From positions 4,687 to 68,686 of the forward strand of contig SXOO01000119.1 of NCBI GenBank assembly GCA_005776725.1: 64,000 nt of DNA. The letters are read 5' to 3'. The first letter of the stretch is position 1. Each line of letters opens with the position of its first letter. Positions 53,551-62,025 of the stretch are shown one piece after another. The stretch comes from Pseudomonadota bacterium. GTDB lineage: Bacteria > Myxococcota_A > UBA9042 > GCA-2863065. A program made the position numbers and the translations under genes. A model generated the notes under the pieces. The model was not told where the DNA came from, ran no database searches, and was given only the letters and a program-made list of their open reading frames with translations.

Positions 53551-54383
53551 GGCGTGCGCCGTATCACGGTGAAGGCAGAGGCTCCCATTGCCGGGTTTGT
53601 AGTGTTCGCTGCCAAGGAGTCGCTCTGCCGGGCCGCTTCCTTCCCGGCGGCTCCGATCGCGCGGTAGCCGGCGTGGCACGAAGGGTCCGCTGGCTCCCCC
53701 ATGCAGTCGGTCTTGTCGCCGCCCTTGTCGCTCCCGAAGAACGCCCCGAGATCCAGGGCCACCTGCTGGGTGGCGGGGTCAAGCTCGAGGTGCACCGTCC
53801 CACGGTTCGGGTGTGCGCACGACGTGATCGCATGGAGCGCGCCTTCGCACCCTGTGCTGCCCAGGTGGATCCTCCCCTCCACCCCGTCGCGTTGTGCCTC
53901 GATGCGCACGAACTTGTAGCCGCCGCGCCAGCCCCAGTGCATCGCCCCCGCTGTGAGCGGCGCTCGCGCGAGCGCGGGGTTCTGGTGGTTGAGCGCGAAC
54001 GGGATGCCCACCGTGAAGGTGACCGCGCGCACCGAGGAGACCGGCGCCTCGAAGACCAGCTCGGTGTGTTCGGCGCTATCACCCTCGCACCCCTCGGTGG
54101 CGTCCTCGAAGTCGAGCAGCGCCACCTCTACGGACTGAAACCGCGAGTCAGGGACGAACGCTGCGGGTGTCTCCCCATCCGGTCCGATGACCCGAAGCTC
54201 GGAGACAAAGAGGCGCGCGTCTCGTAGGCGAAACGGGGGAGCCGCCAGGCTTTTGCAGTTGGCAGCCGCGCCGTCCAGCGTGGCGATGAAGCGGAGCCGA
54301 TGGGTCGACAAGGACGCCGCGGACGTGTCCTGTCGGCAGGCGGGGAGCGCTGTCAGGGCGAGGGACAGGAGCAGGCTCCGCAT
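53547..54383 (-). CDS. mbnP: MbnP-family copper-binding lipoprotein ('metallo-mystery pair' four-Cys protein)
   Basis: The ATG at 54383 gives MRSLLLSLALTALPACRQD (lipobox). Motifs are DARLFVSELRVIG, HWGWRGGYKFVRIE and GSTGCEG...SCAHPNR. It lies immediately upstream of the di-heme partner. Assigned from memory of TIGR04052. Confidence 0.7.
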   Translation of the reverse strand: MRSLLLSLALTALPACRQDTSAASLSTHRLRFIATLDGAAANCKSLAAPPFRLRDARLFVSELRVIGPDGETPAAFVPDSRFQSVEVALLDFEDATEGCEGDSAEHTELVFEAPVSSVRAVTFTVGIPFALNHQNPALARAPLTAGAMHWGWRGGYKFVRIEAQRDGVEGRIHLGSTGCEGALHAITSCAHPNRGTVHLELDPATQQVALDLGAFFGSDKGGDKTDCMGEPADPSCHAGYRAIGAAGKEAARQSDSLAANTTNPAMGASAFTVIRRTP

Positions 54384-54519
54384 CGGCGCATGTTGCCCCG
54401 ACGCGGGGGACGCTGTCACGCAAGCCGTCCGTCCGCGCCATCGCGCGCGACCACGCAGTCGGCGCATGAAGCGCTTACGGCTGACCGGCGAGTCCCGTTC
54501 CTCCGGAGTGGAGGTAGCG

Positions 54520-55587
54520 ATGCTCGCAATTTTCAGACACTGGCTCGGCCGCACACCCGACGCGCTCCAACACGCGGGCGCGTCCGTCGAGATCGTGCCG
54601 TCACCCTCGGCACCTTCGGCACCGTCGGCACCTCTTGATTACGTCAGGTTCGCCGAGTACGACCGCGAGGAGCGGGAGGCGCGGCTCTCAGAGCTCGCGC
54701 CAACAGGCTCAGACGCGCGTGAGCTGGCGCGCGTGGGCGCTCAGCGCGTGGCGAACCGTCTCCCACCGCTCCCGGCCATGGCCCAGCAGGCCTTCGCCGT
54801 GCTCCAGAACCCGCACTCGCGCGCGACGGACGTTGCGGTCGTGGTGAACAGCCATCCGGCCGTTGCGGCCTCGGTGTTGAAGGTCGCAACGTCCGGCGGG
54901 TATTCGGGCCGCAAGCCCGTGTTCACGGTGAGCGACGCCGTGGCTCGCCTGGGCTACGGAGAGGTGGGACGGATCGCCGCTGGCGTCGCGGCAACGCCGC
55001 TATTCCTCCGGCGCCTCCGAAGCGATCTTCCTGCCTACGAGGAGCGCTTCGACACGCTCTGGACCCACGCGCTGGCCACCGCCTTCACCGCCGCCTCGGT
55101 GGCGATCGAGCACGGGTTCTGCGACGCGAACGAGGCCTTCATGGCCGCGCTGTTCCACGACATCGGCAAGACCGTCGCGCTCGAGGGCGTCGTCAGCGAG
55201 CTCAACCTTCGAACCGAGCGCGGCAACCCCGAGCCGGGCCCGGTAGAGGCCCACGCGCTGGCGGCCGTGCTCGAGGACCTGCACACGCAGATCGGCCACA
55301 CCGCCTTGCTGGGGTGGAAGTTGCCCGAGTCCGTCTGTGAGGTGTTGCGGAACCTCCACGCGTTGTCGGTCCCGGCAGGGGAATACGCCGCGGTCACCAG
55401 CGTGGTCCGGTTGGTCTCGGGGCTCAACGTCATACGGACCGACCCGGGACACCCCGTACAAGCCCACACTGAGGTACGCGTCAGCGCCTCGGCGCTCCGG
55501 CTGGACGACCGGGCGATCACCCACATCGTCGCGACGCTCCGCGCCTCGGCAGCAAAGGCTGCCGACCTGCGGAACAACGTGCACTGA
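54520..55587 (+). CDS. HDOD domain signalling protein
   Basis: The ATG at 54520 has GGAGG upstream. Motifs are LPPLPAMAQQAFAVLQNP...VVVNSHPAVAASVLKVA, LWTHALATA and ALFHDIGK. Confidence 0.8.
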   Translation: MLAIFRHWLGRTPDALQHAGASVEIVPSPSAPSAPSAPLDYVRFAEYDREEREARLSELAPTGSDARELARVGAQRVANRLPPLPAMAQQAFAVLQNPHSRATDVAVVVNSHPAVAASVLKVATSGGYSGRKPVFTVSDAVARLGYGEVGRIAAGVAATPLFLRRLRSDLPAYEERFDTLWTHALATAFTAASVAIEHGFCDANEAFMAALFHDIGKTVALEGVVSELNLRTERGNPEPGPVEAHALAAVLEDLHTQIGHTALLGWKLPESVCEVLRNLHALSVPAGEYAAVTSVVRLVSGLNVIRTDPGHPVQAHTEVRVSASALRLDDRAITHIVATLRASAAKAADLRNNVH

Positions 55588-55726
55588 CCGAATACCCAGC
55601 GGGGCCACGGGCCGCACCTCCCACCGGTAGCTCGCGAGCGCGAGCCCACGGTCGGGTCGTCCGGCGCGCAGGTCCCCATCGAAGTCTCAACCGGGCCAAA
55701 GGCCCTTGTTCTAGCGGAGGTCCCCC

Positions 55727-56425
55727 ATGCTCGCGCTCGCTGCCAAAGTCGACTGGTCTTCCCACGAGCGCCTGGTCAAGGAATACGGGGTGTTGATCAC
55801 CGAGGTGGCGCGACGCGTCAGCCGCCGTATCCGGCACAGCGTCGACTTCGACGATCTCGTCTCCGAGGGCACGATCGGGCTCATCCAGGCGGCCGAGCGC
55901 TTCGATCCCAGCCGCCAGATCCGCTTCGAGGCCTACGCCTCGACTCGCATCCACGGGGCAATGCTCGACTACCTGAGGCACCTCGACCCGCTCAGCCAGC
56001 GCCGGCGCCGTGAGGCCAGTCGGCTGAAGCGCGCAGAAGACCGCCTCGCGCAGCGCTTGGGCCGTCCGCCCGCCGCGGAGGAGGTGGCTGCGGAGCTCGA
56101 GCTGCCGCTCGAGCAGTACTTGCGCGTGGCCGCGGAGGTGCTCATGCCGGCCCTCTCGAACGATCTGGACGCCATGGCCGAGGTCCGCTCGGACGAGCCC
56201 ACCCAGGAGGAGTTCCTCGTGAGCACCGAGGACCAGACCGCGCTGCGCAGGCTGCTCGACCTCCTGCCGGGGCGCGCTCGCCAGGTCCTCCTCCTGGTCT
56301 ACTTCTACGACTACTCGCAGAAGGAGGCCGCGCGGGCGCTCGAGGTCTCGGAGCCACGCGTGAGCCAGCTGAGAAAGGAGGGCATCGACCGCCTGCGGCA
56401 GCGGGCCCTCCCACAGGCGGCCTGA
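55727..56425 (+). CDS. FliA/WhiG-family (group 3) RNA polymerase sigma factor
   Basis: Motifs are DLVSEGTIGLIQAAERFDP, FEAYASTRIHGAMLDYLR and the region 4 sequence YSQKEAARALEVSEPRVSQLRKEGIDRLR. Length is 232 aa. Confidence 0.88.
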   Translation: MLALAAKVDWSSHERLVKEYGVLITEVARRVSRRIRHSVDFDDLVSEGTIGLIQAAERFDPSRQIRFEAYASTRIHGAMLDYLRHLDPLSQRRRREASRLKRAEDRLAQRLGRPPAAEEVAAELELPLEQYLRVAAEVLMPALSNDLDAMAEVRSDEPTQEEFLVSTEDQTALRRLLDLLPGRARQVLLLVYFYDYSQKEAARALEVSEPRVSQLRKEGIDRLRQRALPQAA

Positions 56426-56504
56426 GCCGACTCGCGAGGTCCTGCCGGGAACTTTCCCGCACGCTGGGGTTGACGCGGGCCCCCGCATCTGGAACCAAGC
56501 GGCC

Positions 56505-58544
56505 GTGTCCACACGTGCCCATCTACTCGGTCGGTTGCCAGACCGCGCTGTCATCCTCGGCATCGCCGGGCTCGCCGTGGGGATCGCCGTCGGGGCGTCG
56601 GTGTTTCGCCCCGAGGCGCCAGCGCGCGCTGAGCCGGCCTCGTTGTCGGTTACCGCGCACCCCTCAGGACCGTCAGACCTCGCCGAGGTGCCGCAGGCTG
56701 CCCCGAAGCCCGCGGCGGCTGTGGCTCCGGTGCCCCGCATCGCGGAGGTGGAGAGCATCGCAGAAGACGACGACCCGTCCGAGGCCGCGCCCGCTGAGGG
56801 CGAGGTGGCCGCGGCGCCGGCCGACGCTGCCCCCGTCGAGCCCGTAGCGCTGCCCCCCGAGATCTCGAAGGGCGTCTCCGCGGAGCTTCGCGCCGCGATC
56901 GAGGCGGACAAGTGGTTCAAGCAGCTACGCATCAACTTGCACGACGGGCTTGGAACCGGAGCGCTGGCGTCAGCGGCTGGGCTCACTCCAGCCGGCGACC
57001 GGATCGTAAGGCGTGTCCGGATGTTGGACGACGACGTCGTCTCGCCGCTGGGCTACGGCGTGGAGGCGCTGGAGGCGCGTCTGCGCGAATACCCCACTGA
57101 CGCCGCGGGCGTCGGCGCGCTCGAGGCACAGCTCGGGCGCGCGCTGATACGCCTGGTCTTCGACTATCGCGTCCTCAAGATCACCGGGCCCTTTCGCCTG
57201 GTCGGCGAGACCGACGTCGCCAAGGATCTCGCGCTCCAGCGGGATACGCGCACCTTGGCCACCGAGTTCGCCACGGCCGCCGACGAGGCCGCCGCGGACG
57301 CCGTGCTCGACCCGCCGCACCCGAACTGGCTGCTCGCACGCGAAACGCTGAAGCGGTATCGCGGCATGGTGGCCGCAGGGGGTTGCGGGCGCGTCACCGG
57401 TGGGTATCGCCCAGGCTCCAAGGGCGAAGGCGTGAAGAAGCTGCAGGCCCGGCTCCAGTGCGAGGGCTACTACAACGGTGAGATCGATGGCCTGTTCGAC
57501 GAGGACGTCCGTCTCGCCGTCGCACAGTTCCAGCGGCACCACGAGCTCGAAGACGAGGGCAACGTCCTCGGAGAGACGCTCGCGTCGCTCAACGTGCCGG
57601 TCGAGCGCCGGGCCGAGCAGCTCGAGCTGGCCATGAAGCGCCTGCGCGAGACGCGGGTGCGGGAACTCGGGCCGCGTTACCTGAAGGTCAACATCCCCGC
57701 GTACGAGCTGGTCGCGGTCAAGGACTGGAAGGTCGTGAAGCGCAACAAGGTCATCGTGGGCACGAACCGGCTCGACGACGACAAGATCTCGCTGGTGCAG
57801 GGGCACCTCAACCGCACGAAGCTCTTCGTCTCGAAGCTCTACCAGGTGCTGGTGAATCCCACGTGGATCCTGCCCGAGCGGGTCTCGAAGGGGGAGCTGG
57901 TCGGTAAGATGGAGACCGATCCGGACTACCTGAAGAAGATGGGGATCGGGAAGAGGACGCTCCCGGACGGTCGCGAGGTCCTGATCCAAGGCCAAGGGCG
58001 CGACAACGTGCTCGGCAAGGTGAAGTTCCTCCTCGAGAAGACCAACGCGATCTACCTGCACGACACGGACAAGCCCTGGTTGTTCAAGGAGCAGAGGCGG
58101 GCGTTCTCACACGGCTGCATGCGCGTCCACGAGGCGGTCGCGTTCGCGAAGTGGCTGCTGCTCGAAGACGGCTATCCCGAGGCCGAGGCGGATCGCTCGC
58201 TGGCGCTGGTCAAGATGCAGAAGGGCATGGACCTGAAGTCGCCCTGGCCGTTCCTCACGGAGTACGTCACGGTCGACTTCACGGACGAGGGCCTGCCCAA
58301 GTTCCTCACCGACGCGTACGGCTACGACAAGAGCTACGAGAAGGGCTTCCTTCCCCCGCGAACCCAGGTGCGCTGGGGCTCCAAGATCCTGCGGCCCCGC
58401 TGGGTTCCTCACGTCGGCTCGGGAGAGGTCGACGAGTGGCGCAAGGAGGGCCAGTCCGCTCCGCGCGACCCCAACTTCAAGCCCACGAAGCCCATCCCCG
58501 AGGACGACGACGACCCCAAGAAGAAGAAGCGCCGCAACCGATGA
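56505..58544 (+). CDS. L,D-transpeptidase (YcbB/LdtD-like) with PG-binding domain
   Basis: The N-terminal TM segment is AVILGIAGLAVGIAVGASVF. The PG_binding_1 stretch is GEGVKKLQARLQCEGYYNGEIDGLFDEDVRLAVAQFQRHH. The YkuD core is NIPAYELV...NAIYLHDT...FSHGCMRV. The tail is basic (KKKKRRNR). Confidence 0.88.
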   Translation: MSTRAHLLGRLPDRAVILGIAGLAVGIAVGASVFRPEAPARAEPASLSVTAHPSGPSDLAEVPQAAPKPAAAVAPVPRIAEVESIAEDDDPSEAAPAEGEVAAAPADAAPVEPVALPPEISKGVSAELRAAIEADKWFKQLRINLHDGLGTGALASAAGLTPAGDRIVRRVRMLDDDVVSPLGYGVEALEARLREYPTDAAGVGALEAQLGRALIRLVFDYRVLKITGPFRLVGETDVAKDLALQRDTRTLATEFATAADEAAADAVLDPPHPNWLLARETLKRYRGMVAAGGCGRVTGGYRPGSKGEGVKKLQARLQCEGYYNGEIDGLFDEDVRLAVAQFQRHHELEDEGNVLGETLASLNVPVERRAEQLELAMKRLRETRVRELGPRYLKVNIPAYELVAVKDWKVVKRNKVIVGTNRLDDDKISLVQGHLNRTKLFVSKLYQVLVNPTWILPERVSKGELVGKMETDPDYLKKMGIGKRTLPDGREVLIQGQGRDNVLGKVKFLLEKTNAIYLHDTDKPWLFKEQRRAFSHGCMRVHEAVAFAKWLLLEDGYPEAEADRSLALVKMQKGMDLKSPWPFLTEYVTVDFTDEGLPKFLTDAYGYDKSYEKGFLPPRTQVRWGSKILRPRWVPHVGSGEVDEWRKEGQSAPRDPNFKPTKPIPEDDDDPKKKKRRNR

Positions 58545-59281
58545 AGCCTTCTGCGGTCGCGAAGCAGGTGCCGCGTCTGAGTCCGGGCGTGCGGGCCAAG
58601 GCGGCGCGGATCCAGGTGGCGCTCGACCGGCTGTACCCCACCGTCCCGATCCCGCTCGACCACACCGATCCCTTCACGCTCCTCGTCGCCGTGGCCTTGT
58701 CGGCCCAGACCACGGACAAGAAGGTGAACCAGATCACGCCGCGCCTCTTCGAGGTTGCGGGGACCCCGGCGGGCATGGCCGCGCTCGGATCAGACGCGAT
58801 CCGCGAGCTGATTCGAGAGGTTGGCCTGGCCCCGACCAAGGCCAGGAACCTCGAGGCCATGGCGCGACGCCTCCTCACGGACTTCGGCGGCGAGGTGCCG
58901 CGGAGCTTCGAGGCGCTCGAGAGCCTACCGGGCGTGGGCCACAAGACGGCGTCGGTGGTCATGTCGCAGGCCTTTGGTGTGCCTGCCTTCCCGGTCGACA
59001 CCCACATCCATCGGCTGGCGACGCGCTGGGGGCTCACCGACGGGAGCTCCGTGGAGACCACCGAGCGTGACTTGAAGCGCCTGTTCCCCGAGTCGTCGTG
59101 GAACCTGCTGCACCTCCAGATCATCTTCTTCGGCAGGGAGTATTGCCCTGCGCGCGGTCACAATCCGGCGGTTTGCCCCATCTGTAGCTTCGCCGCGCGG
59201 CCCGAAGGCGAGTCGCGTTCGCGCGCCCGCCAACGCGGCTCCCGGCCGCCCAAGCGCCCCACCGCCCCGGAGGGCTCGTGA
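58541..59281 (+). CDS. nth: endonuclease III (HhH-GPD DNA glycosylase)
   Basis: The ATG overlaps the upstream stop (ATGA). Motifs are PFTLLVAVALSAQTTDKKVN, LPGVGHKTASVVM and VDTHIHRLA. The C-terminal cluster region has only three Cys (C-x9-C-x2-C). Confidence 0.88.
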   Translation: MKPSAVAKQVPRLSPGVRAKAARIQVALDRLYPTVPIPLDHTDPFTLLVAVALSAQTTDKKVNQITPRLFEVAGTPAGMAALGSDAIRELIREVGLAPTKARNLEAMARRLLTDFGGEVPRSFEALESLPGVGHKTASVVMSQAFGVPAFPVDTHIHRLATRWGLTDGSSVETTERDLKRLFPESSWNLLHLQIIFFGREYCPARGHNPAVCPICSFAARPEGESRSRARQRGSRPPKRPTAPEGS

Positions 59282-60201
59282 ACCCCAGCGCCCACACGTG
59301 CTCCGCTTCTTCTCTGGCAGCTGGTGAGCCCCTCGCCGGCACCGCCGTCGAGCGCGTCAACACCTGGATCCTGGTCGAGGTCTCCGACGGTTGGGGGCGG
59401 AAGGGCGTCGAAGACACGGCCATGCCCGAGGCGCTTCGGGCCCAGTTGCTGCGGGCCGCTGCGTTGCCCGCGGTGCGACCGCAGCTGATTCGTCGGCCGG
59501 GAGGTCCCGGGCAGCGCGTGGCGGCGTTCGTGGTCCGCTCCGGCGCGGTCGAGACCGTGGAGCACCTCAGCGCAGAGAACCTCGACGCGCTCTCGAGCGT
59601 GGACCTGGTCAGTTGGGTAGCTGGCGAGGGGGAGCCGCCGGCGGGCGCCACGCGGAGCGCTGCCAGCGAGGCCCCGCTAATCCTCGTCTGCGCGCACGGC
59701 AAGCGCGACCGCTGTTGCGCCGAGCACGGCGTGGCCCTCTTCACTGCCCTGGAGCGCGAGCTGGGCGACGCTGTTTGGCAGTCGAGCCACCTCAACGGGC
59801 ACCGCTTCGCCGCGACTGCGGTGGTGTTTCCCGGCGGGTGGCAGTACGGCCGCCTCGGCGTGGACGACGCTTCCGGTCTCGCCGCGGCCGTGCGCGGCCG
59901 GCGCCTCTACCGGCTGGACCGAGCCCGCGGACGGACGTCGCAATCCAACGCTGTACAGGCCGCGGAGCTCGCGTGGCGCGCCTTGGACCCCAGCGCTCGG
60001 TCCACCCTCGACGCCCCTTCGATCGACGTTGAGGAGACCTCGGGGGACACGATCGTCACCGTTTCCGGCAAACGATTTCGCGTGACGCAGGCGCCGTCAC
60101 CCACTTCGCTCGTCCAGTCGTGCGGGACGGAGCCCGCTACGCCCCCTCGGTGGAGCGCGTCGCTACTGGCGACCTCGCCGGGCGCACGCACGATGGTTTG
60201 A
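59278..60201 (+). CDS. sucrase/ferredoxin-like (thioredoxin-like [2Fe-2S]) family protein
   Basis: The GTG overlaps the nth stop (GTGA). LILVCAHGKRDRCCAEHG...SSHLNGHRFA is typical of the Suc_Fer-like family. Confidence 0.7.
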   Translation: MNPSAHTCSASSLAAGEPLAGTAVERVNTWILVEVSDGWGRKGVEDTAMPEALRAQLLRAAALPAVRPQLIRRPGGPGQRVAAFVVRSGAVETVEHLSAENLDALSSVDLVSWVAGEGEPPAGATRSAASEAPLILVCAHGKRDRCCAEHGVALFTALERELGDAVWQSSHLNGHRFAATAVVFPGGWQYGRLGVDDASGLAAAVRGRRLYRLDRARGRTSQSNAVQAAELAWRALDPSARSTLDAPSIDVEETSGDTIVTVSGKRFRVTQAPSPTSLVQSCGTEPATPPRWSASLLATSPGARTMV

Positions 60202-60270
60202 CACGACCAGACAGGACTCGAAGAATGGTCCGCTCGGGCTTACGTGCCCGTTCGGGGCTGGAGGGGTGAC

Positions 60271-61938
60271 ATGAGAAGCTGGAACAGTGTGTTGTGGGCC
60301 GCCACCGCGACGGCGTTGATCTCCCTGCCGCTCCTCCCTGGATGCGCTGAAGAGGAAGGCCAGAACACCACCGTTGCCGACGGCATCGACATCCCGGGCA
60401 ACGACGCGGTGGACGGCGTAGACCTCGAGGACGTCGTGAGCACCGACGGGAGCGACGGGACCGACGGCTCCGATGGCACCGAAGCAGACAGCACGGACGG
60501 CAGCGACGGGTCCGACGTGGAGCCTGTCGACAGCGAAGATGCCTCGGACGCAGCGGACGCTACCGACGCCTCGGACGGCAGCGATGCCAGCGACGATACC
60601 GATGGTGGCGATGGCGCCGACGGCACGAACACCACCGACACCGATGACGTCGTGGACGGGGACGCCTCCGGCGGCGATGCCGGCGACGGCAGCGACTCGA
60701 CTGACGGGGCGGATGTGGTGGTGACCCCGCCGAGCCCGGAAGAGGAGTGCGTGATCGCCAACTGCACCCCGCCCACCTTCGACCCCGTGTGCAAGGCAGG
60801 CGATCCGAACGTCATCTATCCCAACGACTGCACCTACAACTGCTACGAAGGCACCTACGACGGCGCGACCCCGCTGGCTGCCCCAGACTGCATCATTCCT
60901 TGCCCGTTCGACGACTGCGACGTGGCGGACGCGCAGAAGCAGCCGGTGTGCGTGGACGAAGGGGCGAACCTCTCCGACCTCGAGGAGCTGGTCGAGTACC
61001 CGCACCCCTACGCGGCGTGCTGCTCCCCCGGTCACTGGAAGACGCCGCAAGACGGCAACGTCTACCCTGGAAAGTGCGACGCTTATACCGGCAACACCGG
61101 AGCCTGCGGCGCCACGTGCCCCAAGGTGTACGAGCCGATCTGCGGCGACAAAGAGGGCGCTGCGGTGCAGTACCTCAACTCGTGCGTCCTGGGCGACTGT
61201 GGCGCCACCACGACCTGTGAGGCGCCTTGCGTCGACCTGATCAGCTGTCCGCAGTGCGCCGCGCAGGGCGCTTGTGATCCGGTCTGCGGGTCTGATGGCA
61301 ACACCTATCGCAACCAGTGCTACCTCAACTGCCTCAGCGGTGGCTCCACCATCCAGTACACCGGCAGGTGCTGTTCGGAGGCCGCTGCGCCTTCTCCCGA
61401 GACCCTCGTGTGTGACACGGAGGGGACCACTCACGGCAACGACCAGATCCTGAACTGCAAGCTGAAGGTCAAGGCGTACAACGGTCCGTGCGTCCCGGGC
61501 TGCGACGCCACCGGCGCCAGCATCCCCGCCTGCGGCTTCTACCAGGGGGCGCAGACGCAGTTCGGCAGCGCCAAGTGCGCGTTCCTGGCCGGCGCGACCT
61601 GCGTTTACGAGGGCGACTGCGCGGCCGGCACCAACAAGTGCAAGGACACCAACCAGGAGTACGCGCCGCTGTGCGCTATTCCGGTCGGTCAGACGGACGC
61701 GGTCACCTATCCGAACCCCTGCCACGCGGGCTGCGACGCCGCTACGTTCAAGTCCCCGGAGGTATGCGGTAGCTGCCTTGTCGACTGCCCGCCGGACGTG
61801 ACGGCAGGCGACCTGCCGCACTGCGGTCCGGACTGCGTGCTCTACCCGAACTCGTGCATCCCCACGAAGTGTCGCGGCTTCACCATCGATCAGCTCACCA
61901 AGAACAGCTGCCCGGCGACGTGTACCCCCCAGCCGTGA
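60271..61938 (+). CDS. multi-Kazal-domain lipoprotein (putative serine protease inhibitor)
   Basis: The ATG at 60271 has GGAGGGG upstream. It reads MRSWNSVLWAATATALISLPLLPGCAEE (lipobox). An acidic DGSDGTD linker is followed by about 7-8 Kazal-like units. The clearest is CDPVCGSDGNTYRNQCYLNC; others include FDPVCKAGDPNVIYPNDCTYNC and YEPICGDKEGAAVQYLNSC. Confidence 0.8.
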   Translation: MRSWNSVLWAATATALISLPLLPGCAEEEGQNTTVADGIDIPGNDAVDGVDLEDVVSTDGSDGTDGSDGTEADSTDGSDGSDVEPVDSEDASDAADATDASDGSDASDDTDGGDGADGTNTTDTDDVVDGDASGGDAGDGSDSTDGADVVVTPPSPEEECVIANCTPPTFDPVCKAGDPNVIYPNDCTYNCYEGTYDGATPLAAPDCIIPCPFDDCDVADAQKQPVCVDEGANLSDLEELVEYPHPYAACCSPGHWKTPQDGNVYPGKCDAYTGNTGACGATCPKVYEPICGDKEGAAVQYLNSCVLGDCGATTTCEAPCVDLISCPQCAAQGACDPVCGSDGNTYRNQCYLNCLSGGSTIQYTGRCCSEAAAPSPETLVCDTEGTTHGNDQILNCKLKVKAYNGPCVPGCDATGASIPACGFYQGAQTQFGSAKCAFLAGATCVYEGDCAAGTNKCKDTNQEYAPLCAIPVGQTDAVTYPNPCHAGCDAATFKSPEVCGSCLVDCPPDVTAGDLPHCGPDCVLYPNSCIPTKCRGFTIDQLTKNSCPATCTPQP

Positions 61939-62025
61939 CGTGCGCGGCGCGCCCCCCGCGGGCGTCGCATCCCGGCTGGTAGTTGATCGTTGCCCTTCGG
62001 TTCGAGGCCGCTATTCTCCGCGCGC

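Noticed and set aside
55517-56986. 489-aa minus-strand ORF antisense to the sigma factor and Ldt genes
   Set aside because: The plus-strand genes have unmistakable family motifs, whereas the antisense translation is low complexity (A/S/G/R).
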